NCBI GenBank assembly: GCA_019057865.1
Contig: JAHLWP010000006.1
Coordinates: 1 to 64,000 of the forward strand
Source of the DNA: Promethearchaeota archaeon
Lineage (GTDB): Archaea > Asgardarchaeota > Lokiarchaeia > Sigyniarchaeales > SOKP01
Length of the DNA stretch: 64,000 bases
Direction: 5' to 3'
Made by a program: the position numbers and the translations under genes. The notes below the pieces were generated by a model, which searched no databases, had not been told where the DNA came from, and worked only from the letters and a program-made list of their open reading frames with translations. Positions 42,046-52,435 of this stretch are shown here, in pieces (position 1 is the stretch's first letter; the number at the start of each line of letters is the position of its first letter).

Positions 42046-42747
42046 TTAACTACTTTTATATCCACAACGAGGACAGACTAACCTACCAAAGCCTACACTA
42101 TAATCCTTAAGTTCCTTCATTAATTCATTACAAATAGGACATAATTTATTTGACAATTTTGGTTTATAAGATGGGAACCAAGCCCCTTCAATATTAGGCA
42201 TATTCTTTAACATCTCTACATACTTTAATTTATCAATATAATTCTTATCAACTTGAAAAAGTTGTTGTTCCTCTGCGATTGATTTACCCATTGGTGCTAA
42301 TATCACTAAAAATTTAATATTTGAAGGATTATTTAAAAGAGAAAGAGTTTTTAATATTGCTCCTTCTTTGTGTTCAGCGAATAATTTAGCAAGTTCGGGG
42401 GGAGCTAAAGCAACTAAAATACCTTGAGAATCCTCTCTTTCAGTTTTTTTCACTCTTTGAAATAAAAATTGAAACATACGATTTTGATTATCAAAAGCCC
42501 AAATAAAATTCCAGTTAAAAATATCATAATCTTCATTATTAGGCCCAACTATTCTTCTTAGGCATTTAATCCATGAATAATGATTGTAATTATATACTTT
42601 TGAAAGGATATCGTCAAAAAATTCCTGCTGAATAACTGGAAATGTTTTAAGTATATTTTTCAGGGAAAATAATTTAACTTTACTTAATAAATTTGAATTG
42701 AGTGTATCCCAAGGTGTTAAGGTAAAAACTGTGAAATAACTGCTCAT
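42046..42747 (-). CDS. Hypothetical protein with C-terminal Zn ribbon
   Basis: CPIC...CPRCGY at the C-terminus. Confidence 0.6.
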   Translation of the reverse strand: MSSYFTVFTLTPWDTLNSNLLSKVKLFSLKNILKTFPVIQQEFFDDILSKVYNYNHYSWIKCLRRIVGPNNEDYDIFNWNFIWAFDNQNRMFQFLFQRVKKTEREDSQGILVALAPPELAKLFAEHKEGAILKTLSLLNNPSNIKFLVILAPMGKSIAEEQQLFQVDKNYIDKLKYVEMLKNMPNIEGAWFPSYKPKLSNKLCPICNELMKELKDYSVGFGRLVCPRCGYKSS

Positions 42748-42872
42748 ATAATAACCATATAAAGTTCACTAATAAAAAATTGACCTTATAATTAAAAAAA
42801 AGAATTATTAAATAGCAATCTTAACATTTAATAAATTAATATTTTAAAAGTACTTTCTAGACTTTCTTTCTT

Positions 42873-44039
42873 ATGAATACAATTTGGGATACTAAATCTG
42901 ATACTGTACAAAAAGGTGACAATCTGAGAGATGTTACTTCCTTAATGGATAAAACAAGAATAGATGAAAATGATTTCACACATTATATTTTCAGTAAAAC
43001 TATGTTTAATAATCCATGGTATGTTATCCCAGATAATGATTTAGAATTATTTAATAAATTTATAGAAGGAGGTTCAAGAGCCTATCCATCAGATGGCAAT
43101 GTTCCTTGTGATATTGTTGCAAAAGAAGCAAGGATTCTTCTTAATAAGATTATTGATCTTTCTCAGGATTCTACTTCTCACCATTTTGAAGAGGCACGTA
43201 AAGCACTTGAAAATGGAAAAGATTCTCTCGTTAGAGGTACATTAAAGCTTTACTTAGGAAAATATACGACAAGAGATTGGAGAAGAAAAAGATTTACTGA
43301 TGATATTGATTTTTGGATTCGTCAAATCCATGTATTACATCATGTGTTAAGAAGATCTGGATGGTTAAAGAATAATACTACAAAGGAGTGGGAAAAAAAG
43401 ATTCAATGGAGAAATCTTTTAACAAATGAAGAGAGAAGTGCAACGCTTATAGCCGCAAATGATTTAGATCAATTACTTGATTTTGGAGCTGGGAGTTATC
43501 TTGAGGGATCTAGTCTCAAAGAAATTTTCCAAAAAAAATTAAAAAGGGGACATGATGTTGATCTTAGTGATATAATTAATGTTATAATGGTGAATGGAGC
43601 AGATGGAAAATACATTGGCGATGAAATCAGAGAACAAAAATGGCATAATGCATGGAAGGCTTTTGAAGAAGCTGCAAATACAAGAAATACTAGAACAACA
43701 TCCAATTTGATCTCATTATGTAGAGTTTCATTAGGAATTGCTGATCATTCAGAGAGGGTTAGCAGCACCATAAAAAAATATAATGATATAATTTTGGATA
43801 AAATAGAATATCCAGATAAGGAATTAGATAGAATCTGTAGAACTTCCATACATTGGAAGAATTATTTAGAAGATCACGGTCCTGATGCAACTAGGAAAAT
43901 CTTTCATAGTTTTTATCACAAGCAAGTTGAAGAGACGTTAAACCATGCAAAAAATCTTAGAAATTTTGTTAAAAAGTTATTGGGTTTGCTTAATTCTAAA
44001 TATCAACATCTGAAGGTTATCTTCGATATTGAAAACTAG
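42873..44039 (+). CDS. Putative nucleotidyltransferase-fold protein
   Basis: RGTLKLY...RFTDDIDF and KLKRGHDVDLSDI resemble Pol-beta/AbiEii-type motifs. Confidence 0.5.
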   Translation: MNTIWDTKSDTVQKGDNLRDVTSLMDKTRIDENDFTHYIFSKTMFNNPWYVIPDNDLELFNKFIEGGSRAYPSDGNVPCDIVAKEARILLNKIIDLSQDSTSHHFEEARKALENGKDSLVRGTLKLYLGKYTTRDWRRKRFTDDIDFWIRQIHVLHHVLRRSGWLKNNTTKEWEKKIQWRNLLTNEERSATLIAANDLDQLLDFGAGSYLEGSSLKEIFQKKLKRGHDVDLSDIINVIMVNGADGKYIGDEIREQKWHNAWKAFEEAANTRNTRTTSNLISLCRVSLGIADHSERVSSTIKKYNDIILDKIEYPDKELDRICRTSIHWKNYLEDHGPDATRKIFHSFYHKQVEETLNHAKNLRNFVKKLLGLLNSKYQHLKVIFDIEN

Positions 44040-44186
44040 ATTTAGATTAGTTTTCAAAATTTTTGAACCTGATTTGTGATATCAAAAAGTTCGTGAAAGA
44101 TACGTTTTACGATCTTTAATAACAAAAGGAGAAAAAAGGTATGATTGTTTAATGGGTGATTTATTTATAAGAAAAGGATAATAAAC

Positions 44187-44447
44187 TCATTCCAATGCCT
44201 TCACTTTTGAATAATTAATAGTAATTGTATGTTTTGTCTCAATTATTTCTCCGATGATCAACACTTTTTTATCTAGAAATTTATGCAATTCAGGATCTTT
44301 TTGCCATAAGTGAGTTTTTTTCCTAACAAGAATCTCTGACCATCTGTTTTTGTAATCGTCCAACGGTTTAATGAAATATTCAGGTCCTTCCGATCGTGTC
44401 CCCTTTCCTTTTATTATTGCAAAAAGAATTCCTCTAATTTCATTCAT
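44187..44447 (-). CDS. Small hypothetical protein
   Basis: 86-aa ORF with GKGTRSEGPEY; fills the intergenic gap. Confidence 0.55.
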   Translation of the reverse strand: MNEIRGILFAIIKGKGTRSEGPEYFIKPLDDYKNRWSEILVRKKTHLWQKDPELHKFLDKKVLIIGEIIETKHTITINYSKVKALE

Positions 44448-44537
44448 AGATTAAATCCATATTAATGAGTATTGTAATAGATCAAAAATCGTAGGTTTTG
44501 ATGTGTATTAAATATATTTAAAAATAAATGAAAATAA

Positions 44538-45692
44538 TTACTTTTGTTTTGATAAATACCTAATTTTTACAAGTAAATCCCGCAATTCCATTTTATCGTT
44601 TTCAGGTGTAAGGTATTTCTTTTTAACGCCTTCTGATAATGGAATAGTTTCAATTTTATTGCCTTGAAGTGAAACCATATTTCCAAATTTACTTTCTAAA
44701 ACAAGTTTCATAGCAGCTAAACCAAATCGTAGTCCTAAAATTCGATCAAATGAGTTTGGAGCTCCTGCGCGCATAGTATGACCAAGTACTACACTTCTAC
44801 ATTCAAATTCTACCCCATTTTTCTGGAACTCTTGCTTTAAGTCGTCTCTTAAGTTTAATTCATCAACAATTATTTGAGACATATTTAATTTTACAAGTAA
44901 TGGGTTTCCATAAGTATCTTTAGGTAATTTATCTATAGTTTCTTTGGAAATCGTTTTAAAATCTCTCTCTAATGACTTTAGACTCGGATATGCTCCTTCT
45001 GAAATTGCTATTATGTGATATTTATATCCCGCATTAGCTCTTTTTTTAAGAATTTCAACAATATCTTTCTCAAAATCAAATGGCGTTTCTGGGATTAAAA
45101 TGATATCAGCACCAGCAGAAATCCCACTATACATTGTAAGAAATCCAGCATCCCTCCCCATTATTTCAACAATAAATACTCTCTGATGAGAACATGCTGT
45201 AGTTGTGAGATTGTCCATAGCGTTAGAAGCTAATTGCGTCGAACTCCAAAATCCGAATGTATAATGAGTTCCCTGCAAGTCATTATCAATGGTTTTTGGC
45301 ACTCCTACTACTTTTGCATCAGCATAATTACACATAAGATCCGCAACTCCTAAGGTATCATCGCCACCTATTGCAATTAAAGCGTCTATTCCTAGTTCTT
45401 TAAATTTTTCTGCTAGTTCTTTAGCTCTTTTCTCTTTTGATTCGACTCCTTTAAATGGATTTGTCCTACTTGTGTATAGAATCGTTCCACCAACAGTATG
45501 TAAATCATCATGTTCAGCAATATCAAGTGGAATTGTTTGATTTTCCAAAAATCCTTTCCAACCTTTAAGGATTCCAATACATTCAATGCCAACATCGTAC
45601 GCTTTAAGCATGATTCCATAGAGGACAGAATTTAAACCAGGACAATCTCCTCCTCCAGTTAAAATTCCTACTTTTTTTATTTGATTTCCCAT
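44538..45692 (-). CDS. pfkA: 6-phosphofructokinase (PfkA family, group III-like)
   Basis: GGDCPGLN, IGGDDT, PKTIDND, EIMGRDAG. GGDD/PKTIDND suggests PPi use. Confidence 0.92.
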   Translation of the reverse strand: MGNQIKKVGILTGGGDCPGLNSVLYGIMLKAYDVGIECIGILKGWKGFLENQTIPLDIAEHDDLHTVGGTILYTSRTNPFKGVESKEKRAKELAEKFKELGIDALIAIGGDDTLGVADLMCNYADAKVVGVPKTIDNDLQGTHYTFGFWSSTQLASNAMDNLTTTACSHQRVFIVEIMGRDAGFLTMYSGISAGADIILIPETPFDFEKDIVEILKKRANAGYKYHIIAISEGAYPSLKSLERDFKTISKETIDKLPKDTYGNPLLVKLNMSQIIVDELNLRDDLKQEFQKNGVEFECRSVVLGHTMRAGAPNSFDRILGLRFGLAAMKLVLESKFGNMVSLQGNKIETIPLSEGVKKKYLTPENDKMELRDLLVKIRYLSKQK

Positions 45693-45772
45693 TTCATTTC
45701 ACATGTTTAGTTGTGTTAGATTATAACAAATTAGTTTATAATAAAAAATTATGATAATTTTATATTTTATAT

Positions 45773-46342
45773 TTATTCTAATTCTATTTTCTCAATTTTC
45801 TTAAAAGTATATTTTGATTTATTTTTTGGAATTATATAACTCCCTCCTTGGGTATCAGTTATTTTTAAAGTGAATTTAAATCTACCATCCATTGCTTTTT
45901 TTAAATTATCTAAGAGTTCGTCTATTTCGCTTTTTTCATGATCATTTTCATCAAGGTTATTTCTATAAATTAAAACAGCACTTTCAAATCTATATAAAAT
46001 ACCCTCTATATTTGTATAATAAAAATCGGCTCTAGGACCCGGTTCTACGGTTAATTCCAATTCTGGTATTTCTAACTTGCCTACTGGGGAACGATAGATT
46101 TTAGATTTTAGATCCTCTTCATTTGTAATTTGTAAAGTCATAATTCCCGGCTTCATATTTGTTGTTAAAGGAATAACATCATTTTTATGAAAATTACATG
46201 TATTACATTCAAATTTTAATATGAGCATTTTGTCACCATCAGGAACATTATAAATATTCTTAACAATATCGATAATTCCCTGTTGACATAAAGGACATTT
46301 GAAAGAATAGATAATATTATTATTTTCTTTCTCATCAGACAT
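45773..46342 (-). CDS. ZPR1 zinc-finger protein
   Basis: CPLC...CNTC, IPELELTVEPG, TNIEG. Confidence 0.88.
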   Translation of the reverse strand: MSDEKENNNIIYSFKCPLCQQGIIDIVKNIYNVPDGDKMLILKFECNTCNFHKNDVIPLTTNMKPGIMTLQITNEEDLKSKIYRSPVGKLEIPELELTVEPGPRADFYYTNIEGILYRFESAVLIYRNNLDENDHEKSEIDELLDNLKKAMDGRFKFTLKITDTQGGSYIIPKNKSKYTFKKIEKIELE

Positions 46343-46584
46343 ATTAAAATTTCCTAGTTTAATTTATAGTGAATTTAAATGTTTTTTTTTCATTACCTAT
46401 CAAAAATAATTTAAAATAATACCTATTTGAAAATAAATTAATTAATATAACAATTATTATTTTAAATTCTATATTATTGTTTGATATTGTAATTATATAT
46501 GTTAAATCAATAGAACTTTTATTCATTGTGTCTTTATTGGATATATTGCACTCAATTGAAATAAATAAAATTCAGTTGAATAAA

Positions 46585-47163
46585 TTGTCAAACAATGAAA
46601 AGATTATAGAAATATCAATGCATTGTAGAGGTGGTCAAACTTGTATCACCGCAAGCCAATTGTTAGCTGAAATGGCATTTGAGGAAGGTTTTAAGGACAC
46701 AATCGCAATTCCAATAATAGGAGCTGAGCGAAGGGGGGCTCCAATACAAGCATTTACAAAAGTTTCTAAGAGTAAACCAATTAAAACCTATGACAGTGTA
46801 GTAAATCCAGATTATATATTTATGTTTGATACCTCATTATTAGACATACCAAGGATAAGGGTTACTATAAAGGAAGGTGTAAATATAATAATTAATAGTC
46901 CAGATCCTATAGATACAACTGGTCTCCCTAATAATATAAAGATCTTTATTGTCGACGCCACAGGCATTTGTATTAAACGAGAATTCATGCATTCAAGTGG
47001 TCCAATTCTAAATATTCCTATGTTAGGGGCTTTTGGAAAGATTACGGGGTATTATAATCTTAAAACAATGGAAAAAGTAATTAAAAAGGAATTTGGAGAA
47101 AGTAGATTAGAAAAAAATATGAGTGTTGCAAAAGACGCTTATGAATCAGTAAGGGAAATATAA
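46585..47163 (+). CDS. porC: 2-oxoacid:ferredoxin oxidoreductase gamma subunit
   Basis: RGGQ, GAERRGAP. TTG 46585 preferred over 46477. Confidence 0.88.
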   Translation: MSNNEKIIEISMHCRGGQTCITASQLLAEMAFEEGFKDTIAIPIIGAERRGAPIQAFTKVSKSKPIKTYDSVVNPDYIFMFDTSLLDIPRIRVTIKEGVNIIINSPDPIDTTGLPNNIKIFIVDATGICIKREFMHSSGPILNIPMLGAFGKITGYYNLKTMEKVIKKEFGESRLEKNMSVAKDAYESVREI

Positions 47164-47165
47164 TT

Positions 47166-47513
47166 ATGTCAGAATCTGAAAAATGGAAAAAAATTAATAA
47201 ATCAGTAAAAGAACGTCCCAAAGTTCAAGAATACAAAAATTGGAAAGAATTATCCCCAATTCCAATTTCATTACCAATTGAAGGGAATATTGGAACGACG
47301 GGTGATTGGAGAACTTTTAGACCAGTTATTAAAGAAGGATGTAATAAGTGCGGAATATGCTGGATGTATTGTCCAGAGGGTGTAATTAAAAGAAAAGAAG
47401 ATGGTTCATTCGAAATTAATTTGGTTTATTGTAAAGGTTGTGGGATATGTGCTAAAGAATGTCCAACAAATAATATAGAAATGGTCAGAGAGAGTGATAT
47501 AAAAGATGACTGA
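47166..47513 (+). CDS. porD: 2-oxoacid:ferredoxin oxidoreductase delta subunit
   Basis: TGDWRTFRP and two CxxCxxCxxxCP motifs. Confidence 0.92.
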   Translation: MSESEKWKKINKSVKERPKVQEYKNWKELSPIPISLPIEGNIGTTGDWRTFRPVIKEGCNKCGICWMYCPEGVIKRKEDGSFEINLVYCKGCGICAKECPTNNIEMVRESDIKDD

Positions 47514-48762
47514 AGTACAGAATGATTTTATTCAGAAGAGAGAAGCTATTATTATAAAAGGTAATGTAGCAGTAGCTTATGCAGCAAAATCAGCACGAGT
47601 TCAAGTTATTAGTGCGTATCCAATTACTCCACAAACAACTGTGGTTGAAAAATTATCTGAATTTGTAGATAATGGACTAATGCCAGGAACTCAATATATA
47701 AAAATGGAGTCAGAACATAGTGTTTTTGCTGCTGTAGTTGGTGCAAGTAAAGCAGGAACTAGAACATTTACAGCAACATCTGGTCAAGGTATATTTTATG
47801 CGCATGAAATGATTCATTGGGCTGCTGGAGCTAGGCTACCTATTGTTGTTGCTATAGCATCTCGAGGACCCGCACCGCCATGGAACATTTGGGCCGATTT
47901 TACTGATGTGATGAGTCAACGGGATACAGGATGGATGAATTGCTTTTGCTCAGAACATCAAGAAATATATGATGAAATTTTAATGTCATATAAGATTTGT
48001 GAAGATCACGATATTCTTTTACCTAAGTTTGTATCTTATGGGGGGTTTATTCTTTCACATACTTCAAAACCGGTTATTCTCGAAGATCAAGATCTTGTAG
48101 ATAAATTTTTACCTCCATTACCAAGTGAGGAAGGCTGGCCACATATCTGGATGGATCCAAAAAGACCAATGATGTTTGGGAACCTTATTATGCCTTCCAG
48201 TTTTTATTATGAATTTAGATTAAAAATTCATGATGCGCTTATAAGAGCGAAAGCGAAAATTAAAAAAGTTGCTAAAGAATTTGAGAAAATTTTTGGCAGA
48301 AATTATGGTAATGGATTAATTCAAGAATATAAAATGGATAATGTAAATGTAGGAGTAATTACTTATGGAGATTTGGCTTTACAAATGGAACAAGCTGTAG
48401 ATGATTTAAGAGATGAAGGGTATAAAGTTGGGATGGTGAAATTGAGGCATTTTAGACCATTTCCAACAGAAGATATTATTGAAGTTGCTAAAAAGGTGAA
48501 AGTTCTTGGAGTTATAGATAGAGCAACAGCATTTGGTTCTCAAACTGGAGGACCAGTGAGTTGTGAAGTTAAAGCAGCTCTACATGAAACTAAAGGAACT
48601 GCAACAGTATTACCAATAATTAATGGACTGGGGGGAAGAGAAGTTACAATTGAACAACAAAAAAATCAATTGATAAAGTTAGTCAAATATAATGAAACTG
48701 GAGAATTTCCAAAAGATATTATTCATGGAACTCTCTGGGATGGTTTATTAGAGGTTGAATAA
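47506..48762 (+). CDS. porA: 2-oxoacid:ferredoxin oxidoreductase alpha subunit
   Basis: YPITPQT, ESEHS, GLGGRE. Confidence 0.92.
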   Translation: MTEVQNDFIQKREAIIIKGNVAVAYAAKSARVQVISAYPITPQTTVVEKLSEFVDNGLMPGTQYIKMESEHSVFAAVVGASKAGTRTFTATSGQGIFYAHEMIHWAAGARLPIVVAIASRGPAPPWNIWADFTDVMSQRDTGWMNCFCSEHQEIYDEILMSYKICEDHDILLPKFVSYGGFILSHTSKPVILEDQDLVDKFLPPLPSEEGWPHIWMDPKRPMMFGNLIMPSSFYYEFRLKIHDALIRAKAKIKKVAKEFEKIFGRNYGNGLIQEYKMDNVNVGVITYGDLALQMEQAVDDLRDEGYKVGMVKLRHFRPFPTEDIIEVAKKVKVLGVIDRATAFGSQTGGPVSCEVKAALHETKGTATVLPIINGLGGREVTIEQQKNQLIKLVKYNETGEFPKDIIHGTLWDGLLEVE

Positions 48763-48766
48763 AGGA

Positions 48767-49708
48767 ATGGTTAAATTAAAAGAGGCCTTAGAATCTTGCC
48801 AGGAAGAATATTTTCTTCCAGGGAATTCTTGTTGTGCGGGATGTGGCTTAGAAATCGCCCTTAGATGGGCTATAAAAGCGTTAGGACCTAAGATAGCTCT
48901 AGTAACACCAGCTTCCTGCTTAAATGTTGTAGTAGGATTATGGCCTAAAACAGCACCAAATTTCCCATTTACAAATATGGCTTTTGCAGCGGGTGCAGCG
49001 GGTGCGACAGGTATGTCTGCTGCTTTCAAAGCGAAAGCTTATAGATTTCCGGGTAAGGGTTGGGATGAGATAACTGCAATTACCTTTGCTGGAGATGGTG
49101 GTACTGCTGATATTGGAATTCAAGGTTTAAGTGGAGCAGCAGAAAGAAATTCTGATCAAATTTATGTTTGTTACGATAATGAAGCATATATGAACACTGG
49201 TATTCAAAGATCTTCAAGTACTCCACATGGTGCATGGACAAGCACAACCACAAAGGGAAAAGATCGCTTTAAGAAGAATCTTCCCGCAATTATGGCAGCT
49301 CATGATATACCTTATGTAGCTACTTGTTCTATTAGTGAACCACTTGATTTATATGATAAATTTAAAAAAGCTAAATCGATTAAAGGCTGTAGATATATCC
49401 ATATTATGGCTCCTTGTTGTATTGGATGGGGATTTAATTCTGAAGATACAATAGAAATAGCTCGATTAGCTGTAAAAACTGGTTCATGGATTTTATATGA
49501 AGTAGAAAATGGAATCATAAAGTTATCAAAAACAAGTAGACTATTATTGGATCCTTCTAAGAGAATTCCACTGATGGATTATCTATCTAAACAAAAAAGA
49601 TTCGCAAATATTTCCGAAAAGGATCTAATTGAACTTCAAGAATATTTAGATCATACTTGGAAACGTATAGAAGCTGATTTAAGTTGCCAAGAACAATATC
49701 CAAAATAA
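48767..49708 (+). CDS. porB: 2-oxoacid:ferredoxin oxidoreductase beta subunit
   Basis: CAGC, GDGGTADIG, DNEAYMNTGIQRS. Confidence 0.92.
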   Translation: MVKLKEALESCQEEYFLPGNSCCAGCGLEIALRWAIKALGPKIALVTPASCLNVVVGLWPKTAPNFPFTNMAFAAGAAGATGMSAAFKAKAYRFPGKGWDEITAITFAGDGGTADIGIQGLSGAAERNSDQIYVCYDNEAYMNTGIQRSSSTPHGAWTSTTTKGKDRFKKNLPAIMAAHDIPYVATCSISEPLDLYDKFKKAKSIKGCRYIHIMAPCCIGWGFNSEDTIEIARLAVKTGSWILYEVENGIIKLSKTSRLLLDPSKRIPLMDYLSKQKRFANISEKDLIELQEYLDHTWKRIEADLSCQEQYPK

Positions 49709-49768
49709 TCTTTATATATTTAGTTGTTTCATCTTTTATAATTAATTTCAATTTTTAATTGAGCTCAA

Positions 49769-50434
49769 ATGGGATTTTTAATAAGACTGGCTGGGAAAGA
49801 GTTAAAAGATACTGAGTTTTATTTACAAATCGCAGTAGAGAACATAATCGAAGGAAAAATAATTGCTTTTCCTACTAATTCTGTTTATGGTATAGGAGGT
49901 GATCCACTAAATCTTGATGTTGTTGAGCGAATATTTGAGATAAAATTTCGGGATCGATCTAAAGGATTTTTATTACTCGTTTCTGACTTTGAGGAAGCTT
50001 CTAAAATAGTTGAATTTAATGAAGTTGCTAAAAAATTAGCGGATAAATATTGGCCAGGACAATTAACTCTAATTTTAAAAAGAAAGGAACCAAATATAAT
50101 CCCCTTAGAAGTATCAGTTCATCAAGATGCATTAGGTTTAAGAGTTCCTGAGAATAAAATCATTTTAAAGATTTTAAGGATATTAAAGGAGAAAGGGTAT
50201 TTAGGGGGGATTATAGGGACTTCTGCTAATTACTCAGGTGAACCCCCTTCTATTAGTGGAGATGAAGTAGTAAAAAAATTATTAAGCCCAATAGATTTAA
50301 TAATAGATGGAGGGAAATCAAAATCAAAAACCCCTACAACAATTATCGACTGTACCACTCAAGAGTTAAAATTTTTGCGAATTGGAAAGATTTCCAGAGA
50401 AGAAATAAATGATTATTTGTCTAGTTTTCAATAA
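49769..50434 (+). CDS. tsaC: Threonylcarbamoyl-AMP synthase (Sua5/TsaC)
   Basis: FPTNSVYG, IFEIKFR, WPGQLT, TSANYSG. Confidence 0.9.
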   Translation: MGFLIRLAGKELKDTEFYLQIAVENIIEGKIIAFPTNSVYGIGGDPLNLDVVERIFEIKFRDRSKGFLLLVSDFEEASKIVEFNEVAKKLADKYWPGQLTLILKRKEPNIIPLEVSVHQDALGLRVPENKIILKILRILKEKGYLGGIIGTSANYSGEPPSISGDEVVKKLLSPIDLIIDGGKSKSKTPTTIIDCTTQELKFLRIGKISREEINDYLSSFQ

Positions 50435-50445
50435 GAAATAAGAGT

Positions 50446-50958
50446 GTGATAAAATTGAAAAATTTTAACTTGCTAGTCTCAACATCTAGATTCAATGAAA
50501 TTAATGCGAAGGCAGAACTTTGGTTTACACTATTAATGTGCGGTGATGATTATCCGATTATCTCAAGATTAAATTTTCCGGGATTGGTAACAGGTTTAAC
50601 CAATTTGAGTACTAAAGAGGTAGTTTTAAAAATTAAGAAAATTTTAGAAAAAGATCCTTATTTTTTTCAATATATTTTAAAAATAATTCCAATAGATTTT
50701 GTTTGTGAGACAAACTCTCAAGTTATAAATCAATTAGTAGAATTGCATTATAGAGATTATCTTAATGATACAGATTCTTATAAAATAACATTAAAACGTA
50801 GGAAACATGAGCAAATTGAAAGAGTCAATTTTATACAAAAACTTGCTAAAAACATTCCTAATAAAGTAGATCTTGAAAACCCTGATAAATTTATTAGAAT
50901 AGAGATTCTGGGCAGTATTTGTGGAATATCATTTCTGTCAAAAGAGGATATTATTTAA
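50446..50958 (+). CDS. THUMP-domain protein (Tan1-like)
   Basis: KIIPID, ITLKRR, KVDLENPD..IRIEILG. Confidence 0.85.
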   Translation: MIKLKNFNLLVSTSRFNEINAKAELWFTLLMCGDDYPIISRLNFPGLVTGLTNLSTKEVVLKIKKILEKDPYFFQYILKIIPIDFVCETNSQVINQLVELHYRDYLNDTDSYKITLKRRKHEQIERVNFIQKLAKNIPNKVDLENPDKFIRIEILGSICGISFLSKEDII

Positions 50959-50981
50959 ATTAAAATTTATATAGAGTGAAA

Positions 50982-51671
50982 TTAATCAACTTTTAGCTTC
51001 TCTGTATTTAAAAGAGCCATTTTTTCACATAATAAATCATGAAGAGCCATATACATGGCGTTTAAATTATAATCTAATTGTTTTTCGTTAAAGTTGTGAA
51101 CTCCATAGGATTTTAAAATAGAGGAGAGTTGTTTATTGGAGATCTCATAAAAGTTTTGAATCATGTTGAATTTTTCAACTAATTGGTCGTTTATTGTTAT
51201 ATCTATTTCATAAGCGTTTAAATTTAGTAATATATTATTGTTAATCTCTTTTAAATTATTTACTGAGGAAATAATACAAGATATTAAGTAATTCTTTTTT
51301 AAATCAATATCAGTAATCCCAAAAGCATCAATTCCTTTACTAATTTGCCGATTAGTTGATAAATATAGGAATATTTCAATATTTCTTTTATTTGAAATAT
51401 TTAAATTTTGAAGAAATGCCTTTTGTAGATAATATCCTGCTGTAAAGATATGATCTTGGTTTAAAATATATTTACTCTTGATAAGTTGTATAGTTGAGTT
51501 TAAAAATTTATTTTGAATAGCGTCAATTTTATCAAAAATAAGATCTTCAGCTTTTTTCTCATCAGTAATTTTATTTATCTCAAGAAATTTCTTTAGATCG
51601 ATCCTAATTTGATTTATCCCAACAAAATAGTGTAAATTTAAATCTTTAATTTTAAATTCCTTTACAATCAT
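50982..51671 (-). CDS. cgi121: KEOPS subunit Cgi121
   Basis: IEIFLYLSTNRQISKGIDAFG...EKMALL. Confidence 0.8.
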   Translation of the reverse strand: MIVKEFKIKDLNLHYFVGINQIRIDLKKFLEINKITDEKKAEDLIFDKIDAIQNKFLNSTIQLIKSKYILNQDHIFTAGYYLQKAFLQNLNISNKRNIEIFLYLSTNRQISKGIDAFGITDIDLKKNYLISCIISSVNNLKEINNNILLNLNAYEIDITINDQLVEKFNMIQNFYEISNKQLSSILKSYGVHNFNEKQLDYNLNAMYMALHDLLCEKMALLNTEKLKVD

Positions 51672-52435
51672 ACTATCAATTCCCAACTTAGCCAATCTGG
51701 CATGATTGCGAAATTAATTCGAACTATAATTGAAATTATTAAAAATGATAATAAATATAATGTAAAAATCCAATCTTTAAATGAATATTTTATTGTATAA
51801 TAATATGTACGTTCCTTTTTGCTTCCAAATGCTCTAGATTCAAGAGCTTCTGCTACATTGAAAGCTCTTTTTATAGAACAAATTATTAAGGGAATTAATA
51901 GGGGAAAAAGGTTTTTAATTTGATTGATAAGCCCACTTTTTTGCATTTCATATCCTCGACTTTGTTGAGCATCTATAATATTTTGTGCTTCAGTTGCAAT
52001 TGTAGGGATAAATCTGAAAGCTAATGATAAAGAAAAGGCAAATTCATAAGGAAATTTCATTGATATTAAAGATAATGCTAAATCATTGGGATCAGAAGTC
52101 AAGAAAAAGATTGAAAAAGCCGATACCATTATGCAAATTCTAATAATCATTGAAATTGCAAATGATAATGACAGAAAAAAAGTATTCAATATTATTATCA
52201 TAAGAATTAAATATGATAAGCCTTGGATGCTTTTAAGCCATTGTTTTATTAATTTTCCTGCCAAAATAAGAGGTATTAAACTCAAGAAGATTAAGATTAA
52301 AGGAATGATTTCAGTAAAAAGTAAAGCACTAATAGAGTATATTAATGCAAATATTAATTTTGCTCGTGGATCCAAGTTATGGATGAATGAATCTTTTTTC
52401 ATGAACTTAAAAGCATTGAGAAATTCTAAAGACAT
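51668..52435 (-). CDS. ecfT: ECF transporter transmembrane component
   Basis: LDPRAK, RFIP, AQQSRG, ALESRAF. Confidence 0.92.
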   Translation of the reverse strand: MSLEFLNAFKFMKKDSFIHNLDPRAKLIFALIYSISALLFTEIIPLILIFLSLIPLILAGKLIKQWLKSIQGLSYLILMIIILNTFFLSLSFAISMIIRICIMVSAFSIFFLTSDPNDLALSLISMKFPYEFAFSLSLAFRFIPTIATEAQNIIDAQQSRGYEMQKSGLINQIKNLFPLLIPLIICSIKRAFNVAEALESRAFGSKKERTYYYTIKYSFKDWIFTLYLLSFLIISIIVRINFAIMPDWLSWELIV

